Below, one piece after another: positions 10,629-19,546 of a stretch of 64,000 bases of DNA. Source of the DNA: Bdellovibrio sp. (GTDB taxonomy: Bacteria > Bdellovibrionota > Bdellovibrionia > Bdellovibrionales > Bdellovibrionaceae); assembly GCA_036676395.1 (NCBI GenBank), contig JAKFCY010000002.1, forward strand, positions 1,440,001-1,504,000, in the 5' to 3' direction. The translations under genes and the position numbers were made by a program. Below the pieces are notes generated by a model that saw only the letters and a list, made by a program, of their open reading frames with translations, searched no databases and was not told the DNA's origin. The stretch's first letter is position 1, and each line of letters begins with the position of its first letter.

Positions 10629-11676
10629 TAGTATTGAACGAGCCTTAATTGAAAAGCTACAAGTTGCCATTCAGGATGTAACTCCTGGCGTGGTTGTCCG
10701 CGCCTATCACCACGGAAGAATGATTTGCGATATTCAGGTTGGACAAACTTATCCAATTTATGATTTAGCGTCATTGACGAAGGTGATCTTTACCCAGCAA
10801 AGCATCATGCGTGCCTACGATCAGGGGCATTGGAATTTAGAAACCAAAGTTAAAGATTTAATTCCTGATTTTCAATTTTCGGATATTAAAATTACAGAAC
10901 TGCTAACTCACACTTCAGGTCTTGAGTGGTGGAAGCCGTTTTATAAAGACATTAAATTAGACGACACTTGGCAAAATAAACGCCTTTGGCTTTTTAAAGA
11001 AATAAATCAGTCTGAACTTAAACAAACCGGCAAATCTGTCTATTCAGATTTGGGGTTTATGACTTTAGGATTTGTTTTAGAAGCGATTTATAAAAAAGAT
11101 TTATTACAGGTTTGGCAAGATGCTAAAGATGATTTTTATCCAACGACATCATTAGATTTTCATGTGAACAACGTGCCATTGAACGATGTCAGTCAGTATG
11201 CACCAACTGAAGAGTGTTCATTTCGTAAAAAAGTGATGCGCGGTGAAGTGCATGATGAAAACACATGGGCTTTGGGCGGAGTTTCATCGCATGCCGGTCT
11301 TTTTGGTTCAATTGATGATGTAGCAGCCTTTGGTTTAAATTTACGTTCTCAGCTTCATGGCATCGCTAGATATAAGATCAAACAAAAAACAGCACAGCTT
11401 TTTGCAGCCCGCGCCATTGATCAAGATGTCGGTGATTGGGCTTTAGGTTATATGATGCCATCGATTGAAAATGCGAGCTGTGGCCCTCATTTTTCAATTC
11501 ACTCGATTGGGCACACAGGTTTTACCGGTACTTCATTCTGGTATGATCCACGTCAGGATTTATTAGTGTTAGCATTAAGTAATCGAGTTAATTACGGCCG
11601 TGAAAACAGAAGGTATGTAAGTCTTCGTCCGCAAATTCATTCTTGGATTTATGAGGCCATTAAAAGGACAATATAG
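10618..11676 (+). CDS. Serine hydrolase, beta-lactamase/AmpC-like family
   Basis: SLTK (SxxK), LLTHTSG, YSD, GHTGFTG. Confidence 0.88.
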   Translation: MRHNSIERALIEKLQVAIQDVTPGVVVRAYHHGRMICDIQVGQTYPIYDLASLTKVIFTQQSIMRAYDQGHWNLETKVKDLIPDFQFSDIKITELLTHTSGLEWWKPFYKDIKLDDTWQNKRLWLFKEINQSELKQTGKSVYSDLGFMTLGFVLEAIYKKDLLQVWQDAKDDFYPTTSLDFHVNNVPLNDVSQYAPTEECSFRKKVMRGEVHDENTWALGGVSSHAGLFGSIDDVAAFGLNLRSQLHGIARYKIKQKTAQLFAARAIDQDVGDWALGYMMPSIENASCGPHFSIHSIGHTGFTGTSFWYDPRQDLLVLALSNRVNYGRENRRYVSLRPQIHSWIYEAIKRTI

Positions 11677-11677
11677 T

Positions 11678-13105
11678 ATGTCTCAACACAGTTTAAAAAA
11701 TATCAAACCTGGGTCTCATGTTCATTTGATGGGGATCTGCGGAACCGCAATGGCCTCACTGGCAGGGTTATTAAAAGATAAAGGTTATAAAGTAACGGGC
11801 AGTGATTCAAATCCTTACCCGCCTATGTCGACCCAGCTTGAAAGCTTGGGCATTCAGATTCAAAAACCTTATAGCAAAAACAATCTTAATCCAAAACCTG
11901 ATTTTATTATCGTGGGTAATGTGATTTCTGCAAGCAATGAAGAAGCACAAGAGATGGTGCGACTACTGATTCCGTACTGTTCATTGCCGCAAGCGATGGG
12001 TGAATTTATTATTGATGATCGCATATCGTACGTAGTCTCGGGAACTCACGGCAAAACAACAACGACATCTTTGATGTCTTGGGTTTTAGATCAAGCTGGC
12101 TTTGAACCTGGTTTTTTAATTGGTGGAATTGCCAAAAATTTCGCGCAAAGTTTTAGAAATCCGAAGCAAAATGTATTTGTTATCGAAGGTGACGAATACG
12201 ACACAGCCTATTTCGATAAAGTTCCTAAGTTTATTCACTACAGACCAAAGAATGTGATTTTAACTTCAGTTGAGTTTGACCATGCCGATATTTACGCAGA
12301 CTTTGCTGCGGTTAAAGCTGCTTTTGTTCGTTTAATGAAAATGATTCCTGAAGACGGAAATTTCGTATTCTGGGGTGATGATTCAAATGTTTGTGAAGTG
12401 GCTGAATATTGCAAAATTAAAAATAAATTCTCTTATGGTTTTGATGCAAAAAATGATTTCACTTGTAAGATCGTTGAAGAAACTGAAGGTTATACAAAGT
12501 TTTCAGTTACGCATAAAGGTGAAAAATTAGCTGATTTCGTAACTACAATGACTGGTCGTTATAACATTCTAAATGCTACAGCTGTTGTTGCGCAGGCTTT
12601 TGCGAATCAACTTCCGCTAGATGGCGTGATGAAGGGTTTGTCAACTTTTGCAGGTGTTAAACGCAGGCAAGATATCTTAGGCGAGCCGGGCGGAATATTA
12701 GTGATCGAAGATTTCGCGCATCATCCGACAGCTGTAAAAGAAACAGTTTTGGCTATTCAAAATAAATATAAAAGTCGTAAAGTGTTTTCTGTATTTGAGC
12801 CTCGCTCTGCAACTTCACGTCGTAGAGTGTTTCAACAAGATTACGTCGATGCTTTCAGTGAGGGCCATGAAGTCATTATTGCAGAGGCTTTTGATCAGGG
12901 TAAGATTTCTGAAGAGGATCGTTTTTCTTCAAGTGAATTAGTTGCAGATCTTAAAAAGAAAAATAAAACAGCTCATGTGATGGCTAGTAGCGATGAAATC
13001 GTTAAGTACTTAAAACAAAATGCAAAACCAAAAGATGTAATTCTAATTATGTCGAATGGTGGCTTTGATGGTATTTATCAAAAACTTTTCACGGCGTTAG
13101 GGTAA
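11678..13105 (+). CDS. mpl: UDP-MurNAc:tripeptide ligase Mpl
   Basis: GICGTAM, GTHGKTTT, EGDEYDTAYFDK, DFAHHPT, MSNGGF; start moved to the ATG at 11678 behind AAGGA. Confidence 0.9.
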   Translation: MSQHSLKNIKPGSHVHLMGICGTAMASLAGLLKDKGYKVTGSDSNPYPPMSTQLESLGIQIQKPYSKNNLNPKPDFIIVGNVISASNEEAQEMVRLLIPYCSLPQAMGEFIIDDRISYVVSGTHGKTTTTSLMSWVLDQAGFEPGFLIGGIAKNFAQSFRNPKQNVFVIEGDEYDTAYFDKVPKFIHYRPKNVILTSVEFDHADIYADFAAVKAAFVRLMKMIPEDGNFVFWGDDSNVCEVAEYCKIKNKFSYGFDAKNDFTCKIVEETEGYTKFSVTHKGEKLADFVTTMTGRYNILNATAVVAQAFANQLPLDGVMKGLSTFAGVKRRQDILGEPGGILVIEDFAHHPTAVKETVLAIQNKYKSRKVFSVFEPRSATSRRRVFQQDYVDAFSEGHEVIIAEAFDQGKISEEDRFSSSELVADLKKKNKTAHVMASSDEIVKYLKQNAKPKDVILIMSNGGFDGIYQKLFTALG

Positions 13106-13111
13106 TCAGTT

Positions 13112-13573
13112 ATGGCGATCATCTACACGCCATTAAATATCAATGATGAAACAGAACTTCGTTCTGCCGGTTATATTCATGAATCAACACCGCAGAATTG
13201 GGATCCAGCTTATAAAGTCACAGATGAACGCGTGCTTTTTTGGGTCGACTATTTAAAAGATTTACTCACTAAAGAAAAAAGTTATGCTGTCGTTGCAAAA
13301 GATGGATTGGCGATTGTCGGCCTTCATTGGTTAAAGCTTCATGATAAATTCGGTAAACCTAGTGCCTATATTGAATCACTTTGGGTGCACGAAGATTACC
13401 GAAAAAAAGGTGTTGGCCAAGAGCTAAAGCGCCTAGGCGAGGGTTGGGCAAAAGCTTCGGGTGCTACAGTCATCACCACAAGTGTTCATTATGCGAACAA
13501 AAGCATGATCGATTTTAATCTGAAATTGGGCTTCGAAGCCTTGCAGGTTGAAATGATCAAATCGCTTAAATAA
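13112..13573 (+). CDS. GNAT family N-acetyltransferase
   Basis: LWVHEDYRKKGVG acetyl-CoA-binding motif; KLGF. Confidence 0.88.
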   Translation: MAIIYTPLNINDETELRSAGYIHESTPQNWDPAYKVTDERVLFWVDYLKDLLTKEKSYAVVAKDGLAIVGLHWLKLHDKFGKPSAYIESLWVHEDYRKKGVGQELKRLGEGWAKASGATVITTSVHYANKSMIDFNLKLGFEALQVEMIKSLK

Positions 13574-13635
13574 TGCGCAGCAAAAAAAGCGCTTTAAAAT
13601 TGATACTCTAGGGCCTATTTTCTACACCTATCTGT

Positions 13636-16146
13636 ATGGCTAAAAAAGACGGCGAACTGACTCCATTGATGAAGCAATTTTGGGATATTAAATCACTCCA
13701 CCTGGATAAGATTTTACTTTTCAGGATGGGCGATTTTTTTGAAATGTTTTATGACGACGCCACTAAGGCCGCTCCCATTCTTGGAATCACTTTAACTCAA
13801 AGAAATAAAAAGTCTGAAGATCAAACGCCAATGTGTGGCGTGCCTCATCATTCAATTGGCGGACAGATCAATAAACTTTTAGCCGCAGGATTAAAAATTG
13901 CGATCTGTGATCAGGTTGAAGATCCTAAATTAGCGAAAGGATTAGTTAAGCGCGCGGTGACACGTATTCTAACACCTGGAATGGTATATGATTCTGATAC
14001 GCTTGAATCAACACAAAGCCATTTTATCACTGGTCTTGATAAGGCTTCTGTAAGTTTTATTGATACAACAACGGGTGAATCATTTTATTTTTTAGTCGAT
14101 GATTTAGCCGCGCAATTAAAATTGATTTCAATTCTACCTGTAGCTGAGCTTGTTCTAGATGAAGCAACATGGGCACCTGAGCAATTAGAAATTATTAAAA
14201 AATCCCTGTCACTAGTAACTAATTACAAAGCTGAAAAAATAAAATTAGCAGATGTTCCTGTTTCAGCTGATTTATTACAGCAATATGTCTTTAGTCTTGC
14301 TGATGATAATATCCAAAAAATTTTACAACCCTTTGTTCAGCGTGAAACTGAGCATAGATTAAATCTTTCTACGCAAACTCTTCGCCACTTAGAAATCTTT
14401 GCAACTTACAAAGGTGACGAGCAGGGGTCTTTATTTCAGGCGATTAACAGAACTAAAACTTCTTCAGGTGCGCGTTTACTGCGTCAGTGGATTTTGTTTC
14501 CACTACGCAATAAACAAAGCATCGAAAAACGTTTTGATCTGATTCATTTCTTTCGTGAAGATATGTACTTACTTAAAAAGCTTCGCGAGATCTTATCTGG
14601 TATGGGCGATATTGAGCGCCGTATGTCTAAGATTGCGCAACCGCAATGTAATGCGCGCGATTTAACTAGTCTTGCGACTTCGGTAAGTTATGCGCTAGAT
14701 GCTTTTGATAAATCGAAAAATATTTTAAAATCACGAATCAACACCGATGTCTTAAACTCATTAGTTCACGAAATTAAGACGACGGTTTTAGAAGATGCGC
14801 CACTTAGTTTAAAACAGGGCTTTATCATTCAAAAAGGTGTTTCTACTGAGCTTGATGAATTAATTGATCTTTCGACGAATGCGCATGCACTTGTTGAAAA
14901 AATGGAAGCTAAAGAAAAAGAAGCTACTGGAATTAATTCTTTAAAAATTCGTTATAACAACGTTTTTGGCTATTATATCGAAATCACGCATCTGCATAAA
15001 GATAAAGTGCCAAGCCGTTATCAACGTAAACAGACTTTAGCTAACGCAGAACGTTTTTGTACGGATGAATTAATTGAGCTCGAGAAAAAAGTATTATCAG
15101 CGCAAACTAAACGTAATGATTTAGAATTTGCAATTTTTGATGAATTAAGAAATCGCGTTTTAAATACGGCGAGTGAATTGTTGAAATTAGCAAGTTACTG
15201 TTCTGAACTTGATGTACTTAGTGGTCTTGCCTGGTTATCGCTAGAAGAAAGTTACTGTCGTCCCGTATTCTCAACAGGCGAATTAAAAATCACTCAATCG
15301 CGCCATCCAGTGGTCGAGCAATTTCAGCGTGGGAAATTCGTTGCCAACAATATTCAATTAGACAAAAACGATTGTTATTTGATTACCGGTCCAAATATGG
15401 CCGGTAAGTCTACGTTAATGCGTCAGGTGGCATTAACGGCGCTACTTGCGCAATTGGGCTCATACGTTCCGGCGACTGAAGCCATTCTTCCGTTATACGA
15501 TTCAATCTTTACTCGTATTGGCGCAAGTGATCAGTTAAGCGAAGGTCTATCAACTTTCATGGTTGAGATGACTGAAACAGCGACGATGTTAAAACAAGCG
15601 ACAGCGAATTCATTATTAATCTTAGATGAAGTCGGGCGCGGTACAGCTACGTTTGATGGTCTGTGTTTAGCGCAAAGCATTTTAGAACATATTCTAAATG
15701 ATGTGAAAGCTCAGGTGTTCTTCGCGACTCATTACCATGAGTTAACTTCAATGGACCAAGTTTTTAGCGAAGTTAAAAACGTGCATATGAAAATCCACGA
15801 CAACGGTGGCCAGATTGAATTTTTACATATTCTACATTACGGACCAGCAGGGCAAAGCTACGGGGTTCAGGTCGCAGAACTTGCAGGCCTTCCGAAATCA
15901 ATCACCGAGCGTGCGAAGTTATTGCTTCATGATTTAGAAAATAAGAAATCTGTAAAAGTGGTCGAGAAGGTTGTTGAAAAGACTCCTACAGTTAAAGCTA
16001 CGAATCAGTTGTCGCTGTTTGATAAGCCTGCCATTGATCGCAAAGCAGAAGCCTTGATGGAAGAGCTTAAAAAGCTTTCGATTACTAATACGTCGCCATT
16101 ACAAGCGTTGAATCAAATCGCTAAATGGCAAGAGTTGTTGAATTAG
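13636..16146 (+). CDS. mutS: DNA mismatch repair protein MutS
   Basis: FRMGDFFE, GPNMAGKS, STFMVEM, DEVGRGT, ATHYHEL. Confidence 0.97.
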   Translation: MAKKDGELTPLMKQFWDIKSLHLDKILLFRMGDFFEMFYDDATKAAPILGITLTQRNKKSEDQTPMCGVPHHSIGGQINKLLAAGLKIAICDQVEDPKLAKGLVKRAVTRILTPGMVYDSDTLESTQSHFITGLDKASVSFIDTTTGESFYFLVDDLAAQLKLISILPVAELVLDEATWAPEQLEIIKKSLSLVTNYKAEKIKLADVPVSADLLQQYVFSLADDNIQKILQPFVQRETEHRLNLSTQTLRHLEIFATYKGDEQGSLFQAINRTKTSSGARLLRQWILFPLRNKQSIEKRFDLIHFFREDMYLLKKLREILSGMGDIERRMSKIAQPQCNARDLTSLATSVSYALDAFDKSKNILKSRINTDVLNSLVHEIKTTVLEDAPLSLKQGFIIQKGVSTELDELIDLSTNAHALVEKMEAKEKEATGINSLKIRYNNVFGYYIEITHLHKDKVPSRYQRKQTLANAERFCTDELIELEKKVLSAQTKRNDLEFAIFDELRNRVLNTASELLKLASYCSELDVLSGLAWLSLEESYCRPVFSTGELKITQSRHPVVEQFQRGKFVANNIQLDKNDCYLITGPNMAGKSTLMRQVALTALLAQLGSYVPATEAILPLYDSIFTRIGASDQLSEGLSTFMVEMTETATMLKQATANSLLILDEVGRGTATFDGLCLAQSILEHILNDVKAQVFFATHYHELTSMDQVFSEVKNVHMKIHDNGGQIEFLHILHYGPAGQSYGVQVAELAGLPKSITERAKLLLHDLENKKSVKVVEKVVEKTPTVKATNQLSLFDKPAIDRKAEALMEELKKLSITNTSPLQALNQIAKWQELLN

Positions 16147-16218
16147 GAAATTAGGTAGGCCGTCCCTTTTTCGGGAGCGGCGTGCCGACGGTCAACTTCC
16201 GGCTGAAGAGTCACAAAT

Positions 16219-16257
16219 AAAAAAAAGAGCGGCTTTTAGGGCTGCTCTTTTAGTTTT
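16219..16257. terminator. Bidirectional intrinsic terminator
   Basis: AAAAGAGCGGC/GCTGCTCTTTT stem with A/T tracts on both sides, between convergent genes. Confidence 0.8.
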
Positions 16258-16272
16258 AATTAAAAATTTAAA

Positions 16273-16482
16273 TTACTTAGTTGGCTTTTGGTTTTGACCG
16301 TTTGGTCCGCCGGCTTTAGTTCCAACGTGCGTGCGCCAGTTGTACTCGTCGCCTTTGATGTAACGGTTAGCCCAGTCATCCCATTTACGTTTTGGAAGTT
16401 TGTGTACTACGTTGCCTTTGTCGTCGAAAATTTCAGGATCTTTACCGAATAATACATCGCCGATTGTTTTTAAAATTCCCAT
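16273..16482 (-). CDS. Small hypothetical protein
   Basis: 69 aa, AGGAG RBS, Trp-rich core. Confidence 0.75.
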   Translation of the reverse strand: MGILKTIGDVLFGKDPEIFDDKGNVVHKLPKRKWDDWANRYIKGDEYNWRTHVGTKAGGPNGQNQKPTK

Positions 16483-16533
16483 GTTGTCTCCTGGCGTGTC
16501 TGCGACACGACATCTCCAATAGGGATATCCTAA

Positions 16534-16788
16534 CTACATTTTTGGATTAGCGCAAATATCAATATAATCTAGACCCTTTTCTTCGCCTGGGTATTCACCA
16601 TTTGTCAGCTTTTGAAAGCAGGCTTTTGACGCAACTTTAAAGGCTTCTTGTTTAGATTCTGCCTGCAATGTAAGCGTGAATGAGTCTTTAGCTTTAGGCT
16701 TGTATGTGAAAGTCCAATCTTTTGAAGCTGCCATTACTGTCGAGCCTAGGATTGTAACTAGTGCGAAAGATAATAATGATGTTTTCAT
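16534..16788 (-). CDS. Small secreted protein with two Cys
   Basis: Sec signal peptide, AAGGAG RBS, Cys pair. Confidence 0.8.
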   Translation of the reverse strand: MKTSLLSFALVTILGSTVMAASKDWTFTYKPKAKDSFTLTLQAESKQEAFKVASKACFQKLTNGEYPGEEKGLDYIDICANPKM

Positions 16789-16832
16789 AAGGGACTCCTT
16801 TTTGTTTAAAGCCTTGATACTCTAGATACATT

Positions 16833-16847
16833 ACACAACCTGTGCCA
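16833..16847 (-). promoter_or_regulatory. Putative sigma54 (-24/-12) promoter
   Basis: Minus-strand TGGCACAGGTTGTGT (GG-N10-GT) about 45 bp upstream of the 16788 start. Confidence 0.45.
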
Positions 16848-16961
16848 ACCAACTGGGTCAGGTTGATCCAGTTTAGGCGAATAGGGTGGATTTGACCTGC
16901 GTGGGGGTGTTAGTTTAATAACAGCTGTAGGAGTGAGGCTAACACCCGTCTCAAAATAAGA

Positions 16962-17759
16962 ATGGCGTTTAAGGCAGTTTTACCTAAGGTCTATCAAAAT
17001 TTTTTAGACCGAAAAATTCTAAATTTAGATATCAGTGAAACAAAAGCCACTTGTGATAATTGCTTACGCGCGCGCGATAAACGTTTTCCTTATACCTATG
17101 AAGCTAATTTAAAATGCTGCACTTTTGTTCCGTTTATTCCTAATTTTTCAGTGGGAGGAATCCTTTCACAAAAATTAGAGGGTTATAAAATCATCGAAGA
17201 AATGATTGCTGATCGCAGGTTTGCTTTACCGTTAGGGATTTTTCCAGACTTTGAATATCAGTATAAATTCTCAAATAAAAAACAAAAAGATTTCGGTAAT
17301 CGTGAAGATTTATTATGTCATTATTACGACCGCGATAAAAATCAATGCAGCATCTGGGAGTTTCGCGGCGTAGTTTGCACCACATTTTTTTGTCGCAGTG
17401 ATTACGGAAAATCTGGCCAAGATCTTTGGACTGAAGTGAATAATTATTTAAGTTATGTTGAAATGTCTTTAGCTGAAGACTGTCTGGTGATGAAAGATTT
17501 TTCTCCTCGCGATATCTCGGATCAGCTCGTGTTTTTAAATAAAAAAGACTTCACTAAAGCTGAAAAAACGATGAAAAACCTAACACCGTCTGAGTTAAAG
17601 CCTTACTGGAATGGCTATAAAGATCCAGCTGAATTCTATTTATCTTGCTATGAGCTTGTTCAAAAGCTGAACCGCACAACGTTTAAAGAAATAATCGGCG
17701 AACAAGGGTTGAAATTAGAAAAAAGAGTGTTACAAGGATACGCATGTCTATCGAAGTAA
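16962..17759 (+). CDS. YkgJ/FliB-like Cys-cluster (Fe/Zn-chelating) protein
   Basis: CDNC…CC…C…CSIW…C…C pattern; overlaps sufE. Confidence 0.7.
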   Translation: MAFKAVLPKVYQNFLDRKILNLDISETKATCDNCLRARDKRFPYTYEANLKCCTFVPFIPNFSVGGILSQKLEGYKIIEEMIADRRFALPLGIFPDFEYQYKFSNKKQKDFGNREDLLCHYYDRDKNQCSIWEFRGVVCTTFFCRSDYGKSGQDLWTEVNNYLSYVEMSLAEDCLVMKDFSPRDISDQLVFLNKKDFTKAEKTMKNLTPSELKPYWNGYKDPAEFYLSCYELVQKLNRTTFKEIIGEQGLKLEKRVLQGYACLSK

Positions 17760-18172
17760 AAGCCCAAGAGATGGTCGCGCAATTTTCTAATATTAATGAT
17801 TGGGAACGGAAATACGAAAAAATTATTGAGCTTGGCAAAGCTTGGCCGGGGCTTCCCGAAGAATTAAAAACAGAAGATTTAAAAGTTAAAGGCTGCCAAT
17901 CACAAGTTTGGATAAAAGCTGAGTTAAAAGATGGAAAAGTTTTTTTTCAAGGTGATAGTGACGCGATTATTGTGCGTGGATTAGTGGCTCTAGTTTTGAC
18001 AGTGTATTCTGGGCAAACCCCCTCTGATATCATGAAATATGATGCCAACTTTTTAAAAGAGATCGGTCTGGACTCAGGACTGTCTCCAAGTCGTACAAAT
18101 GGCTTATATTCGATGTTAAAACAAATTAAGTATTATGCCACTGCTTTTGCCTATTTACTTTCAAAACAATAA
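17744..18172 (+). CDS. sufE: SufE family sulfur acceptor
   Basis: VKGCQSQVW, DSDAIIVRGL, LSPSRTNG. Confidence 0.93.
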   Translation: MSIEVKAQEMVAQFSNINDWERKYEKIIELGKAWPGLPEELKTEDLKVKGCQSQVWIKAELKDGKVFFQGDSDAIIVRGLVALVLTVYSGQTPSDIMKYDANFLKEIGLDSGLSPSRTNGLYSMLKQIKYYATAFAYLLSKQ

Positions 18173-18188
18173 CCCCTAACATTAAGTA

Positions 18189-18686
18189 ATGAAGTCTAAT
18201 TTATTGCTTAGGATAGCGATTTTATTCACTATTGTTTTTTCAACAATGGCCGCAGAAGCGGGTCGTATTCGAATGCGTAAAGTCAAAGATGCTCCGAAAG
18301 TTTGTGCGACGATGAACGAAGACAAATTTCTTTCTCGTGGTAATAAGCGCATTTTCGGAACCTTAAGAAACAGTGTAATTATTGAACAAGACATCTCGCT
18401 GGTTAATGATTTAGGTAAAAAAATCTGCCAATGGCCCACAAACCGCTGGGAAGCTTTAGGTGATCTTTCTAAATATAACTTTTATATCGATGAGCAAAGA
18501 AATGCGCTTTATCCCTACATGAAAGCTGAAAACCAATATCAGTTTGTTAAAATCAGTTTAGATGATTGCTCTTTAAGTGAAGTGCAAACCACAGATAAGT
18601 TAGAACTGCCAAAATGCGAAGCTAAAAAGAAAGCCCGCTCCAAGTCTAAGCGCAAAGTTGCCAGCAATAATCGCTCAAGAGCTTAA
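18189..18686 (+). CDS. Secreted hypothetical protein with basic C-terminal tail
   Basis: Signal peptide (AEA), 4 Cys, Lys/Arg-rich tail. Confidence 0.7.
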   Translation: MKSNLLLRIAILFTIVFSTMAAEAGRIRMRKVKDAPKVCATMNEDKFLSRGNKRIFGTLRNSVIIEQDISLVNDLGKKICQWPTNRWEALGDLSKYNFYIDEQRNALYPYMKAENQYQFVKISLDDCSLSEVQTTDKLELPKCEAKKKARSKSKRKVASNNRSRA

Positions 18687-18692
18687 TTTAGT

Positions 18693-19514
18693 TTAAAATT
18701 TATAAGTCACCACAAAATAGTGTCCCACTCCCGAAGTGTCTCCTCCGAATCCGCCATCTTTTAGCAGGCCCATGTCTTTATAGACCTTCATGCCATAGCC
18801 GGCAGAATAACGCTCTGAATGCCAATAGAAGCCGTTGTACCAGGCGATTGAGCTGCTCGTGCGATTTATGTCGTCTGAAATTTTATTGGCGGCAAAAGTG
18901 TAATCAAAGAAGCCTTGATAAGTTATATAACTCTTATCTGCGGCAACGTAAAAAGGTTTAAACCAGCTTGTCGATAGTAAATATCCGTCAAATTTTCCTT
19001 CATTGGCCGCGCCGAAATTTTCTCGAACATAGCGGGCCATTATTTTAGGGGTAAGTTTTCCGAACCATGGTGCTTGTACATCGGCTCCAAGGCCAATGAA
19101 GTGTTCAAATAAGGATCTGTCGCCTATATTTGTTTGCGTTGCGATATACCACTCTGTAATTGGCCCTATCGAAAGATCATGTCCGGTCATCGCATCGAGA
19201 GAGAGTTTGGGAGCAAACTTAAAAAAAAGATTATCTTTGTTGTGAAGATCACTTTTTGAAGAATCAAAAATATCCAGAACATCCAAAAAGCCATAAACTT
19301 CGAAAAATCGAGAACGCCCGCCAAACTCCAATTCAAAAAACGTATCATTTTTGCTATTGAAAGGAAGCTTGTTGTTCACGCTCTGTAAGAGGCTAAACTG
19401 AAACCATTTGTTATCGTTTTTATGAATGTTGTCAGAATAGTCAGCGCAAAAGCTTCTATTGCAGTAAAAAAAACTAAGAGTCAGGGTCAGTAGCGATAAG
19501 TATTTTTTAAACAT
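18693..19514 (-). CDS. Tsx-family nucleoside-specific outer membrane channel
   Basis: ELEFGGRS…YGFLD, FFKFAP, SWFKPF, C-terminal YKF. Confidence 0.82.
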   Translation of the reverse strand: MFKKYLSLLTLTLSFFYCNRSFCADYSDNIHKNDNKWFQFSLLQSVNNKLPFNSKNDTFFELEFGGRSRFFEVYGFLDVLDIFDSSKSDLHNKDNLFFKFAPKLSLDAMTGHDLSIGPITEWYIATQTNIGDRSLFEHFIGLGADVQAPWFGKLTPKIMARYVRENFGAANEGKFDGYLLSTSWFKPFYVAADKSYITYQGFFDYTFAANKISDDINRTSSSIAWYNGFYWHSERYSAGYGMKVYKDMGLLKDGGFGGDTSGVGHYFVVTYKF

Positions 19515-19546
19515 GTGTGAACCTCAATTGAATTTAAAATTCATAG

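Noticed and set aside
10618..11676. Beta-lactam resistance gene
   Set aside because: No evident signal peptide and embedded between ldcA and mpl, which favours a recycling hydrolase
16158..16215. GC-rich hairpin after mutS as a REP element or small RNA
   Set aside because: Single copy in the window and next to a terminator; insufficient evidence
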